Assembly: GCA_964441155.1 (NCBI GenBank)
Contig: CAYYKL010000001.1
Span: 152,393-216,392 of the forward strand
Length of the DNA stretch: 64,000 nucleotides
Reading direction: 5' to 3'
DNA from: an uncultured Pseudomonadales bacterium
GTDB taxonomy: Bacteria > Patescibacteriota > Microgenomatia > UBA1400 > RBG-16-45-19
The notes beneath the pieces were generated by a model, which saw nothing but the letters and a program-made list of their open reading frames with translations, was not told the origin of the DNA and ran no database searches. The position numbers and the translations under genes are program-made. Shown here piece after piece: positions 19,831 to 28,941 of the stretch (its first letter is position 1; each line of letters opens with the position of its first letter).

Positions 19831-20508
19831 ATGACACCAAACATATTAGTCGTCGATGACGATGCCGATTTGAGAGAGTTTCTTCGGGAATACCTAAGTA
19901 AGCAAGGTTTCTTGGTTAGAACTGTTGACAGCGGCACTGCAGCTCTGGAGATGGTCGAAAAAATCGCGCCTGACCTTATTATTCTCGACCTAAACCTCCC
20001 CACAATCACGGGGGATGTTGTGTGCAAAGAAGTCAAAGAAACCAACCCAGAAATTCAAGTCATCATGCTCACTGCCAAAGATACCACTCCTGATGTAGTG
20101 CACGGATTAAGCTTGGGTGCCGATGACTATATCAAAAAACCTTTTGATATTGACGAATTACTGGTGCGCATTAAAACCAGACTTAAACAAAAGAAGCTTG
20201 AATATGAATCGCTGGCTATTGCCGATCTTGAATTCAATCCACGCACCATGGTGGTAAAAAGAGCCAATAAAACAATTAATTTGACTCCACAGGAAATTAA
20301 AATTCTAGAATACCTACTTGCCAATAAAGGCAATGTCTTGAGTCGAGAAATGATTTTGTCCCGCTTATGGAAAACGAATCCTGATATTGAAACCAGAGTA
20401 GTTGATGTTTACATTGGCTATCTACGTAAAAAAATTGATGCCCCGTTTAAAGTGAAACTCATTCATTCGGTGAGAGGTTTCGGTTACAAGATTTCTACCG
20501 AAGAGTAA
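19831..20508 (+). CDS. OmpR/PhoB-family response regulator.
   Basis: Receiver domain (ILVVDDDADL...DLIILDLNLP...K) plus a C-terminal winged-helix domain (VLSREMILSRLW...VDVYIGYLRKKI). The track start at 19810 is a TTG, and the first ATG (MTPNILVV) is at 19831. Confidence 0.85.
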   Translation: MTPNILVVDDDADLREFLREYLSKQGFLVRTVDSGTAALEMVEKIAPDLIILDLNLPTITGDVVCKEVKETNPEIQVIMLTAKDTTPDVVHGLSLGADDYIKKPFDIDELLVRIKTRLKQKKLEYESLAIADLEFNPRTMVVKRANKTINLTPQEIKILEYLLANKGNVLSREMILSRLWKTNPDIETRVVDVYIGYLRKKIDAPFKVKLIHSVRGFGYKISTEE

Positions 20509-20615
20509 ATCTCAATCTAAATCGTTACTCAATCCTTACCGTTTCCCCAAAAAATCGGAATCCCAAGCGTGATAGCCTGCATGCACAATAGTTTTCGAAA
20601 GGGGGTGAGAAGCGT

Positions 20616-20822
20616 ATGGACAATCAAAAAGCGAAAAACAACAAAAGCAAGACAAGCAATCGTGGCTTTGCAAGCATGAGCCGAGATCAAATCGCGCGGA
20701 TTGCGAGTAAAGGTGGAAAAGCTGCACACAGTAGTGGCAGAGCGCATCAATTCACGAGTGAAGAAGCTCGGGAAGCTGGCCGCAAAGGAGGCCGCGCAAG
20801 CCAAAGCAATCGCCAGCAATAA
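20616..20822 (+). CDS. KGG-repeat general stress protein (YciG-like).
   Basis: 68 aa, basic and Gly/Ser/Ala-rich, with repeated ...SKGGKAAHS... and ...RKGGRASQS... KGG motifs. A strong Shine-Dalgarno sequence (AAGGGGGTGA) lies 7 nt upstream. The antisense ORFs at 20529-20819 show no motifs and are taken as spurious. Confidence 0.6.
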   Translation: MDNQKAKNNKSKTSNRGFASMSRDQIARIASKGGKAAHSSGRAHQFTSEEAREAGRKGGRASQSNRQQ

Positions 20823-20832
20823 TGCTCGTTAA

Positions 20833-21336
20833 TCAATCTATAAACACCGTAAGGGACTTCACCTCCCTTTCGGTGTGCTCTCGTGTGTGGATTGACCCCG
20901 TGTTTTTGATTAGTTGTGTTAAGAGTTGCATACTCAGCGTGACTGCCTCTTCAAAAACTAATTGAGACTCACCTTGACGACTAATGGCGATCATACTGTT
21001 TTCGCCTGGTGCCTTGGTTGTATCCCAAAACGTTCTACCCTCATAACTTGCTTCGCTGGAGCCAGAGCGCAGGCGCAACTTACATAAGTATTCGAGGATC
21101 ATGTGCTCAAATAAATGCGCGGTCTGTGTCTCTTTCATTTCTTCACAAAAAGGTGTGTTGTTCGGATTATCACATTGAGCTACCATAATTTCTGGCAATA
21201 ATATGCGCAAGTCTTCCATGAGTTGTGGAAATTTAGATGTTGAAGATAAGCTTGGCGTGATGTTGAATTGAAGAACCCAAAACTTCTTAGTCGGTTTTAC
21301 GTAGCGAACAATAAACTCTTGAGTTTGACCAAGCAT
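20833..21336 (-). CDS. Hypothetical protein.
   Basis: 167 aa ORF co-oriented with the stress-module genes. I recognise no motif. Confidence 0.35.
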   Translation of the reverse strand: MLGQTQEFIVRYVKPTKKFWVLQFNITPSLSSTSKFPQLMEDLRILLPEIMVAQCDNPNNTPFCEEMKETQTAHLFEHMILEYLCKLRLRSGSSEASYEGRTFWDTTKAPGENSMIAISRQGESQLVFEEAVTLSMQLLTQLIKNTGSIHTREHTEREVKSLTVFID

Positions 21337-21446
21337 GTGTCGTGCATCCGTATTCTTACTATATCCTTACACAATACGGATAATTTAATTTTAGTCAAGC
21401 TCAAGTGATCAGAATCCAGGTTTATCGACTATTAAAGAAGCCGTTG

Positions 21447-21492
21447 AAATAGCCACCGACTCTTGTATAGATCAAGACGTTGGTGGCTATTT
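21447..21492 (-). terminator. Stem-loop (11 bp perfect stem AAATAGCCACC/GGTGGCTATTT with an internal sub-hairpin) downstream of the YtxH-like gene. Possible terminator.
   Basis: Inverted repeat seen directly in the sequence, with weak flanking T/A runs. Confidence 0.3.
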
Positions 21493-21505
21493 AATGAAGT
21501 GAGTA

Positions 21506-21763
21506 TTACTTGACACTGCCAGCGAGTTGGCGACTTTTCTTGCTAAAGTTTTGTACCGAATCTTCTGCTTTTTCGATATTATTTTCTAGCGAGGATTTGA
21601 CGCGTTTGATAACATCTTGCGTCATCTGCTTAGCTTTTTGTCTGTCCCCTTTGCTTACAAGCAGCACTGCCCCCGCTCCGAGTAATGCTCCAGCAGTAAT
21701 TGCGCCTAAACTTCCATTTTTTCTATTCATATCTGATTGCTTATTAGTGCTCACGCTATTCAC
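21506..21763 (-). CDS. YtxH-like small membrane-anchored stress protein.
   Basis: 85 aa with one N-proximal TM segment (GAITAGALLGAGAVLLV) followed by a charged, coiled-coil-like tail, the architecture of the YtxH family. Preferred over the overlapping antisense ORF at 21510-21773. Confidence 0.45.
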   Translation of the reverse strand: MNSVSTNKQSDMNRKNGSLGAITAGALLGAGAVLLVSKGDRQKAKQMTQDVIKRVKSSLENNIEKAEDSVQNFSKKSRQLAGSVK

Positions 21764-21794
21764 CTCCTTATAAATAATTCCTATAAATAAATAG

Positions 21795-22049
21795 TTACCG
21801 ACTCAGGCGCAATGCCCGACCAACTACAATTAAAAGAACTGCTCCAATCACCGAAACAATTACACTGTAGAGGTTAAAGCCAGTTACTCCAGTTTCACCA
21901 ATTAAATTCATGGCGAAACCTCCAACAAGCGCACCAACAACACCCAGAAGGATGTCGCCCATTACCCCTTGTGAATCATTGGTTCGCATCATAACTGATG
22001 CAATCCAACCGGCTATCATACCTAAAATTATCCAAGATAGTATTCCCAT
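21795..22049 (-). CDS. GlsB/YeaQ/YmgE-family transglycosylase-associated stress membrane protein.
   Basis: 84 aa with the pattern ILSWIILGMIAGWIAS...GDILLGVVGALVGGF...IGAVLLIVVGRAL, diagnostic of this family. Confidence 0.7.
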   Translation of the reverse strand: MGILSWIILGMIAGWIASVMMRTNDSQGVMGDILLGVVGALVGGFAMNLIGETGVTGFNLYSVIVSVIGAVLLIVVGRALRLSR

Positions 22050-22160
22050 TTAGTATCACCTCCTTTCTGTGTATGAGCTTACCGAGTAATGGTGATTTGC
22101 CATATTAGATTTAGTAAGTAATTCGTAAACGCTTGTGTTTCCACAGGATCAAGTAATTGT

Positions 22161-22583
22161 TCAGGCGCCTTGCACCGCCGGCACCGTTCCAATCTCTTCT
22201 AAGTTTTGAGACAGTGTTGTTTTTTCTTGAAGAGTTAAATCAACTTGTTCCCGATCTACGATAATTAATCCATCAATTATTTTCTGAGCTTTTTCCACAT
22301 CTCGTGGTGACATTCTAGAAATCTCTATGGGTTCGTTACCGACAAATTTATGTAAGATTTTCATGCTGGCAAACGGAAATGCGTAACTTACAATGACAGA
22401 GCTAATATCTTTAACTGAAACTGATTGCGTGGTTGAGCCGAAGGGAAAATGACGCGTCAACACAGTGATTCGATAAGAATCAATGACGATAACAGTTGGG
22501 AAAAACACATAGGGAAATGCGCTTTTCATGGTAAGTAAAACTTGAGCTGGCTCTTCTGCTAATTGAGTGAGTTTTTGTGGCAT
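22161..22583 (-). CDS. Hypothetical protein.
   Basis: 140 aa, co-directional and downstream of the CheY-like receiver. I recognise no family. Confidence 0.35.
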   Translation of the reverse strand: MPQKLTQLAEEPAQVLLTMKSAFPYVFFPTVIVIDSYRITVLTRHFPFGSTTQSVSVKDISSVIVSYAFPFASMKILHKFVGNEPIEISRMSPRDVEKAQKIIDGLIIVDREQVDLTLQEKTTLSQNLEEIGTVPAVQGA

Positions 22584-22685
22584 GCGCTAAGACTACACAC
22601 GAGCAATGATAATTTTTTAGAGAAACAGGTAATGAATTTGTAAGGCAGGATTAGCAACAATAATCAACGCTCATGCTTGAGTTGG

Positions 22686-23048
22686 TCATTTTTTTTCAGG
22701 GTGAACCACCGATTCAGCGAGTCTAAGCAGTTCATCGATGTCAAATGGTTTTTTGATAACCTCATCAACGCCAAGATCCTGGATTTGTGATTCGATTTGC
22801 TGCATCGCAGACATAACAATTATGGGAGTCTTGGAAAGTGATGGGTGCTCCTTCAATGCACTGAGCAAATCCCTGCCAGACAGACCGGTCATCCAGTAAT
22901 CAAGCAGCATCACATCAGGCTTGATTGACTGCACAACATCAAACCCTGGAAACTGGAGAAAAGAATCAACCTGCCATCCAGACTGCTCAAACAGCATTCG
23001 AGTCACGTCTACAATTGCTTCATCGTCGTCAATAATGATAATTTTCAT
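22686..23048 (-). CDS. Single-domain response regulator (CheY-like receiver).
   Basis: MKIIIIDDDEAIVD...DVMLLDYWMTGLSG...IIVMSA...KKPFDIDEL carries the receiver D-D-D-T/S-K residues, with no output domain. Confidence 0.8.
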   Translation of the reverse strand: MKIIIIDDDEAIVDVTRMLFEQSGWQVDSFLQFPGFDVVQSIKPDVMLLDYWMTGLSGRDLLSALKEHPSLSKTPIIVMSAMQQIESQIQDLGVDEVIKKPFDIDELLRLAESVVHPEKK

Positions 23049-23185
23049 AAGACTACCGCAAAACTGATGGTGTTTCAGATTAAAAAGTAACTAAGTAGTT
23101 TAATGTATAGATATATTCTAACCTGACGCTACACGAAATTGTGCATGCTTTAAAGCAAAAAAGTGTAAGATTAATGTAAAGGCAA

Positions 23186-24286
23186 CTAATGAAGGGTGTT
23201 TGCTTGTTTTATTGGCAAGGTAAAATGGAAGTCTGAGCCTTTTGGCTTGTTTGATCGCACCCCAATAGTTCCACCATGTTGTTCAACGATTTTTTTGGAA
23301 ATAAACAAACCCAAACCCAAGCCCTGAATATTACCAGAATGAATGCGTGAATAGCGCTTGAATAACTTTTTTCGCTCTGTTTTCTTGATTCCCATTCCTC
23401 TATCTTTAACTGATACTTCGAGAAAATTTCCATTCGGGGTAAATTCAATCATAATCGGGCTATTTTCAGGTGAATATTTGATTGCATTACTAACCAGATT
23501 AGTCACAACCTGAAGAATCCTCTGACGATCGCCAATAACGTGTTTCATTTCACACTGACCCACTACCACTTTGCGCAATGGAAATTTAATCAGGAAATCT
23601 TCGACTATCTGCGAGGTTACTTTGGTTATATTTACCTTTTCCCAAAGCAACTCAAATGTTTCTGATTCAATTTTCGACAAATCAAGCAAATCATTAATCA
23701 ATGCATTTTGGCGATCAATTAAATGAATCATTTTGATTAAATAGTCTCCGAACTCAGCACCAGACTGGGATTTTAGCATCATTTGGGTATATGCACGCAT
23801 TGAGGTAAGGGGAGTTTTTAATTCATGACTGGTAATTGAAATGAAGTCATTTTTCAATTGCTCAAGGCGTTTGCTTTTAGACACATCTAAAAATAAGCTT
23901 AAGAATAACTTCTTTTTTGCGATAAGCCTTGTATGACTCACTACCACGTCAATGTACTTTCCATCAAGTGAAATAAGTGATTTTTCGTAGGGTTTTGAAG
24001 TGCCAGGCTGTGTGAGTGATGTATAGGCGACTGAGTCTAGGGGATGATATTCTTTGGGTGTTAATGCTGTCAATGAAAACGCTTCAGGAAGCGGCAAGTT
24101 TTTTCGATTGATCATGAGCATAAACGTATTGTTAGTCCATATTATTTCATGATTGTTGTCGTGTAGTGCCATTCCGATCATATCGGAATCAATGAGGCCT
24201 GCCAGCACGCTTTCGCTCAACGTGAGCAAGGGGTTTTGATCTTTTTGATTGAAAAGTTTTTGGTAGGAAGAGAGTAGTCGCTTCAT
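23186..24286 (-). CDS. Cytoplasmic PAS-domain sensor histidine kinase.
   Basis: No TM segment. N-terminal PAS-like region, an H-box SHELKTPLTSMRAY, and N, G1 and G2 boxes (NLVSNAIKYS...DRGMGI...GLGLGL). Confidence 0.8.
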   Translation of the reverse strand: MKRLLSSYQKLFNQKDQNPLLTLSESVLAGLIDSDMIGMALHDNNHEIIWTNNTFMLMINRKNLPLPEAFSLTALTPKEYHPLDSVAYTSLTQPGTSKPYEKSLISLDGKYIDVVVSHTRLIAKKKLFLSLFLDVSKSKRLEQLKNDFISITSHELKTPLTSMRAYTQMMLKSQSGAEFGDYLIKMIHLIDRQNALINDLLDLSKIESETFELLWEKVNITKVTSQIVEDFLIKFPLRKVVVGQCEMKHVIGDRQRILQVVTNLVSNAIKYSPENSPIMIEFTPNGNFLEVSVKDRGMGIKKTERKKLFKRYSRIHSGNIQGLGLGLFISKKIVEQHGGTIGVRSNKPKGSDFHFTLPIKQANTLH

Positions 24287-24864
24287 GAGTTCGTAAGCGC
24301 TTAAGTAGTTATAGAATGCGTTCCCATGGCTTTAACAAAACACGCTAATGCATTTGCTCAGTCGATCAGAAATAAACATGCTTTTGGCGTATTGTAGCAC
24401 AACAAGCTCTTCGCACACTGGGCGATGAATAAGCGCATTCAACCTGAAGGGGATTAATTTCAATCGTATTCGCTATCAAACAATCCGAGCCACCATAAGT
24501 GCTACTGAGGCTGCTGCTAACATTTCATAATACAAGACATCGTCAAACATAGTTTTCTTCCTTTCCTCGAAACAAAAAAGAGCTTGAAAAGTCCATTTTG
24601 TTTACGCTGGCTCACTTCGAAGTATGAGTAAAATATCTTCAATAAGATAAAAGAAACCTTGAATATAGTTAAAAACTCGAGTCATATACCTCCATTTCAC
24701 TATTGTTAATGCAGGCGTAATCTAGCATTTGAAAATTTAGTCATCGGTAAAATATCGTAAATATTAAGTAATAAGTTCTCCCAATAAATGAGACATATAA
24801 AATTTGAAACACTTAAAAAGTGAAGGTTGAAAATGAAAACTCACCGTTAATAAAGTAGTTAGTT

Positions 24865-26433
24865 TTATTTTTTAGCAAATAGGTTTTCAGAAAGGGGCAG
24901 GTAATTTTCTGATAGCAACTTTTGTATTTCAGGAGCATAGTCAAGATTTTGAGGTGCATAGATGAGCAAGGCAGAGCCGGTTTGAAGTGCATGCATGACT
25001 TCATTTCTTAAGGGTTTGGCAGCGTGGATCCATGGATAGTAGAAATGAATTCGAGTGGCACTTTGAAGTGTTGGCAGCGCATGAAACAATCCGATATCCG
25101 GACTTAGGTTTTGGATGGTTGCATACTGCAATGAGTTATTGAGTAAGTATGAAGCAGTAGTAAGTGTAAACGGGTAGTAAAGAGCTTGATCTTGAGAGGC
25201 AAATTTTTTATAGGTAGGTAAGCTTACCAGAAAAATGCACATAACTAGTAGTGAAGGCACTATAGACCACCAAGATTTGGCCTTGAAGTAGATTTCGTGG
25301 AGTGTGATGCAGGCAAAAGTAATAATGCCAAAAAACAATGAAGAGGCGTGAAACAAATCAGTAGTTCTAACACTCAAATAAAGTAGTGTTAAGACAAAGA
25401 AAATGGCAAGTGTAAATTGCTTTTTAAATACAAGCAGAAGAGCGCTTGAAAAAAGAGTGAACCACATTAAAGTTCTTAAGTTTCCAATCGCCTCGAAATA
25501 GCTATTGAATCCAACACCCATCCAAGAGATTGCTTCTTCGATTGATAGTCCCCGAACCAATTGCTTAACAGTTGTATAAAGCGTAAGAGCAAGATTGCTG
25601 GAGGCTGAGATCGCCTGTGTGAGAAAGCTCCTGGCATTGATCCAAGGTGCTTTGAGCAAAGAATTGACTGCTGTTTCTTCGCGTTGCATTAATCGCAGAG
25701 GATAATAGATTTTGCTATTAAATTCGAAGTAATCATATTTAAAATTATTAGCTGCTCCTTGAAGAGACAACAGAACGGGAATAACAGAATACACCAATGC
25801 CATTACTACTAATTTCTTCTTGGCTTTCAGTAGCTCGTTGAGATTAATGCCATTGATTTTTATGAGAAAAAGCAAGAACAATGCGAAAGAAAAAATATAG
25901 ACTGGAGCAGCAAAAAATACAATAAACCCTGCCATCCCAACTACGATCAGCAGCTTAGGATTTGCTTGAATTGAGTGAGCTCTGCTGTACCCACACCAGA
26001 AAAGAGTCATGAACAATGCTGCGGCAAATGATTCAGCCAAAAACATCTGTGCGCTTACCGCCGGAGCCAAAATAGCGCTGACTAAAAAGCTTGTGCCCAC
26101 AAATGGCCGCATGGAGCTTTTAACAAGCGCGTATGAGATGATAAAATTCAATAACCAGAAGCTCATGACCCCAAAACGCATCCACTCAGGTGAAGCGAAT
26201 CCAGTTGATTGCCACAGAGCACTAAGGTAGTAGGTAAGTGGTGCGTGGTGACTAAAGAAATCACGATAAGGAACTCTTCCTTGCAAGATTAATTGACCAC
26301 CGACCCAGTTATCGTGTTCGTCATTAAAAGTGCCTTTTGTTGCAATTGCAATCCAAACCAGGCTCAAGGCGAATATCCAAATCAATAACTTCTGAAAATA
26401 TTGTTTTTGTTTAAGAAAATTCAGATACCACAT
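24865..26433 (-). CDS. ArnT/PMT-like GT-C membrane glycosyltransferase (putative).
   Basis: 522 aa, polytopic. The first loop contains DEHDNW...PYRDFFSHHAPL, resembling GT39/GT83 signatures. Divergent from the ABC exporter. Confidence 0.45.
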   Translation of the reverse strand: MWYLNFLKQKQYFQKLLIWIFALSLVWIAIATKGTFNDEHDNWVGGQLILQGRVPYRDFFSHHAPLTYYLSALWQSTGFASPEWMRFGVMSFWLLNFIISYALVKSSMRPFVGTSFLVSAILAPAVSAQMFLAESFAAALFMTLFWCGYSRAHSIQANPKLLIVVGMAGFIVFFAAPVYIFSFALFLLFLIKINGINLNELLKAKKKLVVMALVYSVIPVLLSLQGAANNFKYDYFEFNSKIYYPLRLMQREETAVNSLLKAPWINARSFLTQAISASSNLALTLYTTVKQLVRGLSIEEAISWMGVGFNSYFEAIGNLRTLMWFTLFSSALLLVFKKQFTLAIFFVLTLLYLSVRTTDLFHASSLFFGIITFACITLHEIYFKAKSWWSIVPSLLVMCIFLVSLPTYKKFASQDQALYYPFTLTTASYLLNNSLQYATIQNLSPDIGLFHALPTLQSATRIHFYYPWIHAAKPLRNEVMHALQTGSALLIYAPQNLDYAPEIQKLLSENYLPLSENLFAKK

Positions 26434-27369
26434 ATGGCACCAGTAATAGCACTAAACGAGCTAACTAAAGTATACCCACCACCGAATAAAAAGGGTAAGC
26501 CTTTCACTGCGGTTAATGGAGTTTCTTTCAGCGTTCAGGAGGGTGAAATTGTTGGGTTGCTCGGTCCCAATGGTGCAGGCAAATCTACCACCATTTCTAT
26601 GTTGCTTGGAGTATTGTCGCCAACAAGCGGATCAATCTCTTATTTTGGTAAGGATTTTTTTAAGCATCGATCTGAAATCTTGAGTCACGTAACCTTTGCA
26701 AGCACCTACATTAGGATGCCATGGCGCTTATCAGTTATGGAAAACTTACGTATTTATGGCTATATGTATGGATTATCAAAATCATTGTTTGAAAAACGGG
26801 CAAAGAAATTTTTGAACTACTTTGGAGTGTGGGATCAGCGCGATAAAACTATGAATTTGTTGTCAGCCGGACAAGTGACTCGAATCATGCTCGCTAAAGC
26901 ATTTATTCCTCATCCCAAAGTGGTTTTGCTCGACGAACCAACAGCTTCACTCGATCCAGATATTGCTCACGAAATCAGAGGGTTTGTGAAGCAGCAACAA
27001 AATGAGTTCAATACGACAATTCTCTACACTTCACATAATATGGATGAAGTAACTGATGTTTGTGATCGAGTCATATTTTTAAAACATGGTCAAATAGTGA
27101 GTCAAGACACGCCAGAAAACCTTATCAAAACCCTCAAAGATGTAACCGTGGAATTACTGGTGAGCGATAACCTCACCCAAATCACTGCGTTGCTAAAGAC
27201 CAATGCCTGGGCATTCACCGCGCAAGAACGAGAGATTCAAATTACACTACCCGAAAACCAAGTAGCAAAATTGTTTCAGACACTGGCTATTGCAAATATA
27301 TCCTATTCGCAAATTACCGTGCATAAACCCAGCCTCGAAGATTACTTTTTGCAATTGGCGGCGAAATAA
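26434..27369 (+). CDS. ABC transporter ATP-binding protein.
   Basis: Walker A (GPNGAGKST), signature motif (LSAGQVTRI), Walker B (VLLDEPTASLD) and H-loop. The track start at 26401 is a TTG. The ATG of MAPVIALNELTKVY is at 26434. Confidence 0.85.
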   Translation: MAPVIALNELTKVYPPPNKKGKPFTAVNGVSFSVQEGEIVGLLGPNGAGKSTTISMLLGVLSPTSGSISYFGKDFFKHRSEILSHVTFASTYIRMPWRLSVMENLRIYGYMYGLSKSLFEKRAKKFLNYFGVWDQRDKTMNLLSAGQVTRIMLAKAFIPHPKVVLLDEPTASLDPDIAHEIRGFVKQQQNEFNTTILYTSHNMDEVTDVCDRVIFLKHGQIVSQDTPENLIKTLKDVTVELLVSDNLTQITALLKTNAWAFTAQEREIQITLPENQVAKLFQTLAIANISYSQITVHKPSLEDYFLQLAAK

Positions 27370-27371
27370 GT

Positions 27372-28154
27372 ATGAGCATAAACCGCATTAAAGCTTTGTG
27401 TTTGCGACACTTATATCCACTTCGGCGGGATTTAGATCTATTGTCCGATATGATCTATTGGCCAATTATTGACACAATTCTTTGGGGAGTAACATCTCAA
27501 TGGTTATTTGAGTCTTCAGGAATCCCAGGCTTAGTGGCGGCCATTCTTATTGGGCTCATCCTCTGGAATGTTATTTGGCGCTCCCAAGCAGAAGTTTCAC
27601 GCAATTTGATTGATGAAATATGGAATAGCAATTTAGTCAATCTTTTTTCTACGCCTTTGCAATTGAAAGAATGGATTGCTGGGATACTTTTGCTTTCTAT
27701 TGTCAAAACAGGCATCACTATTTCTTTGCTTTCACTGCTAGTTGTGGTTCTGTATCATGTAAACTTTTTAACCCTTGGGCTGTGGCTTGTTGTCTTTATT
27801 TTCCTTTCCACCATGTCGGGTTGGTGGATAGGGTTTATTTCAGCCAGCATTGTCATTCGCTTCGGCCCAAAGATGCAAAATGTGGTCTGGACGCTTCCTG
27901 GAATATTATTGCCGTTTAGCGCCATCTATTTTCCTGTCGATCGCTTGCCTGAATCGGCGCAAATCATAAGCAAGCTTATTCCCACAACCTATGTGTTCGA
28001 GGCCATGCGCTCAGTCCTATCAGGAAATTATGACATCGCACATGCATTAGGAGTCAGTCTTCTGCTTAATGGTGTGTATTTAACGTTGAGTATTTGGTTT
28101 TTCGTGAGAAGTTTTGCCTACTCAAAAACATTAGGTTTGGGTAGATTTGAATAA
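27372..28154 (+). CDS. ABC-2 type transporter permease.
   Basis: 260 aa with 6 TM helices, immediately downstream of the ATPase (2 nt gap). Typical ABC-2 exporter organisation. Confidence 0.65.
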   Translation: MSINRIKALCLRHLYPLRRDLDLLSDMIYWPIIDTILWGVTSQWLFESSGIPGLVAAILIGLILWNVIWRSQAEVSRNLIDEIWNSNLVNLFSTPLQLKEWIAGILLLSIVKTGITISLLSLLVVVLYHVNFLTLGLWLVVFIFLSTMSGWWIGFISASIVIRFGPKMQNVVWTLPGILLPFSAIYFPVDRLPESAQIISKLIPTTYVFEAMRSVLSGNYDIAHALGVSLLLNGVYLTLSIWFFVRSFAYSKTLGLGRFE

Positions 28155-28514
28155 AATCAATCATTATTTCGTGACCCAGCTTCGTCAAATAGCATCGTCG
28201 CTTTTAAAAGTTGTTCAGTAATATGAATTGAACGAAAAAAAGCGGCATTGTGATAAATGAAAAACTACCCCTTTTTCATTCATCTACACCGCTTTTTTTA
28301 ATACGTTTTGTCGTGGGCCTCAAACCAGACAATAGCTATAGATTAACGTCAGAGGGGTATGGGTTAACAAATTAAGTGTAAGAAAATGGTAATAATTTTT
28401 TTACTTTCTATTTACCAAGTATTAATCTTCAATCTTGCATTACTCAGCTATAAATAAGCACGGTTTCGCAATAATATACGAAATATTAATTGTACTAGTT
28501 TGACAGGATGTGTC

Positions 28515-28886
28515 ATGAAAACTTCGCATACACTTTTAATCGTTGAAGATGATATTGATCTTCAACATTTTTTACGTGAATTCTTTAGCAAAAAAGGCTT
28601 CGAGGTGTACGCAACTGGATTAGGTAAGGAGGCGATCAAAATAGCTCAACAAACGCTGCCCTCTCTGATCATCCTTGACCTGGGTTTACCTGACATGGAT
28701 GGCGAAACGGTATGCCTTCAACTGAAGAAGGTAGATCCTTCCATACCAGTCATTATTCTTTCTGCAAATGACGACACGCAATCAGTTGTGGGCACATTCG
28801 GCAAAGGAGCTGACGATTATATCAATAAACCGTTTAATAACGACGAACTGTGGGCGCGGGCAAGAGCAAAATTGAAAGTGTCCTGA
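28515..28886 (+). CDS. Stand-alone response-regulator receiver domain protein.
   Basis: LLIVEDDIDL...SLIILDLGLPDMDG...IPVIILSA...GADDYINKPF, with no DNA-binding domain. Shine-Dalgarno AGGA 6 nt upstream of the ATG at 28515. The track start at 28500 is a TTG. Confidence 0.75.
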   Translation: MKTSHTLLIVEDDIDLQHFLREFFSKKGFEVYATGLGKEAIKIAQQTLPSLIILDLGLPDMDGETVCLQLKKVDPSIPVIILSANDDTQSVVGTFGKGADDYINKPFNNDELWARARAKLKVS

Positions 28887-28941
28887 GAGATCATTCCTCT
28901 CTCGTTTATTTTTACGTGCTAGTCATAGACCCGATAATTCT

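Noticed and set aside
20529-20819. Two antisense ORFs (96 aa and 63 aa, minus strand) overlapping the KGG-repeat gene.
   Set aside because: They have no motifs and an odd Cys/Ala-rich composition. The plus-strand ORF has a strong Shine-Dalgarno sequence and recognisable KGG repeats, so the antisense ORFs are taken as spurious.
21510-21773. Plus-strand 87 aa ORF overlapping the YtxH-like gene.
   Set aside because: It mirrors the coding strand. The minus-strand product has the YtxH TM-plus-coil architecture, so the plus ORF is taken as an artefact.
24813-25004. 63 aa minus-strand ORF at the 3' end of the GT-C gene, running into the intergenic region.
   Set aside because: It overlaps the confident 522 aa membrane-protein ORF in another frame, with no motif. 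It is taken as spurious.
28155-28499. Possible intrinsic terminator or promoter elements after the ABC-2 permease and before the orphan receiver gene.
   Set aside because: I saw only weak A/T-rich inverted repeats (ATGAAAAA...TTTTTCAT and AAGCGG...CCGCTTTTTTT with a 40 nt loop). No convincing GC-rich stem with a U-tract and no well-spaced -35 and -10 pair, so nothing is reported as a feature.
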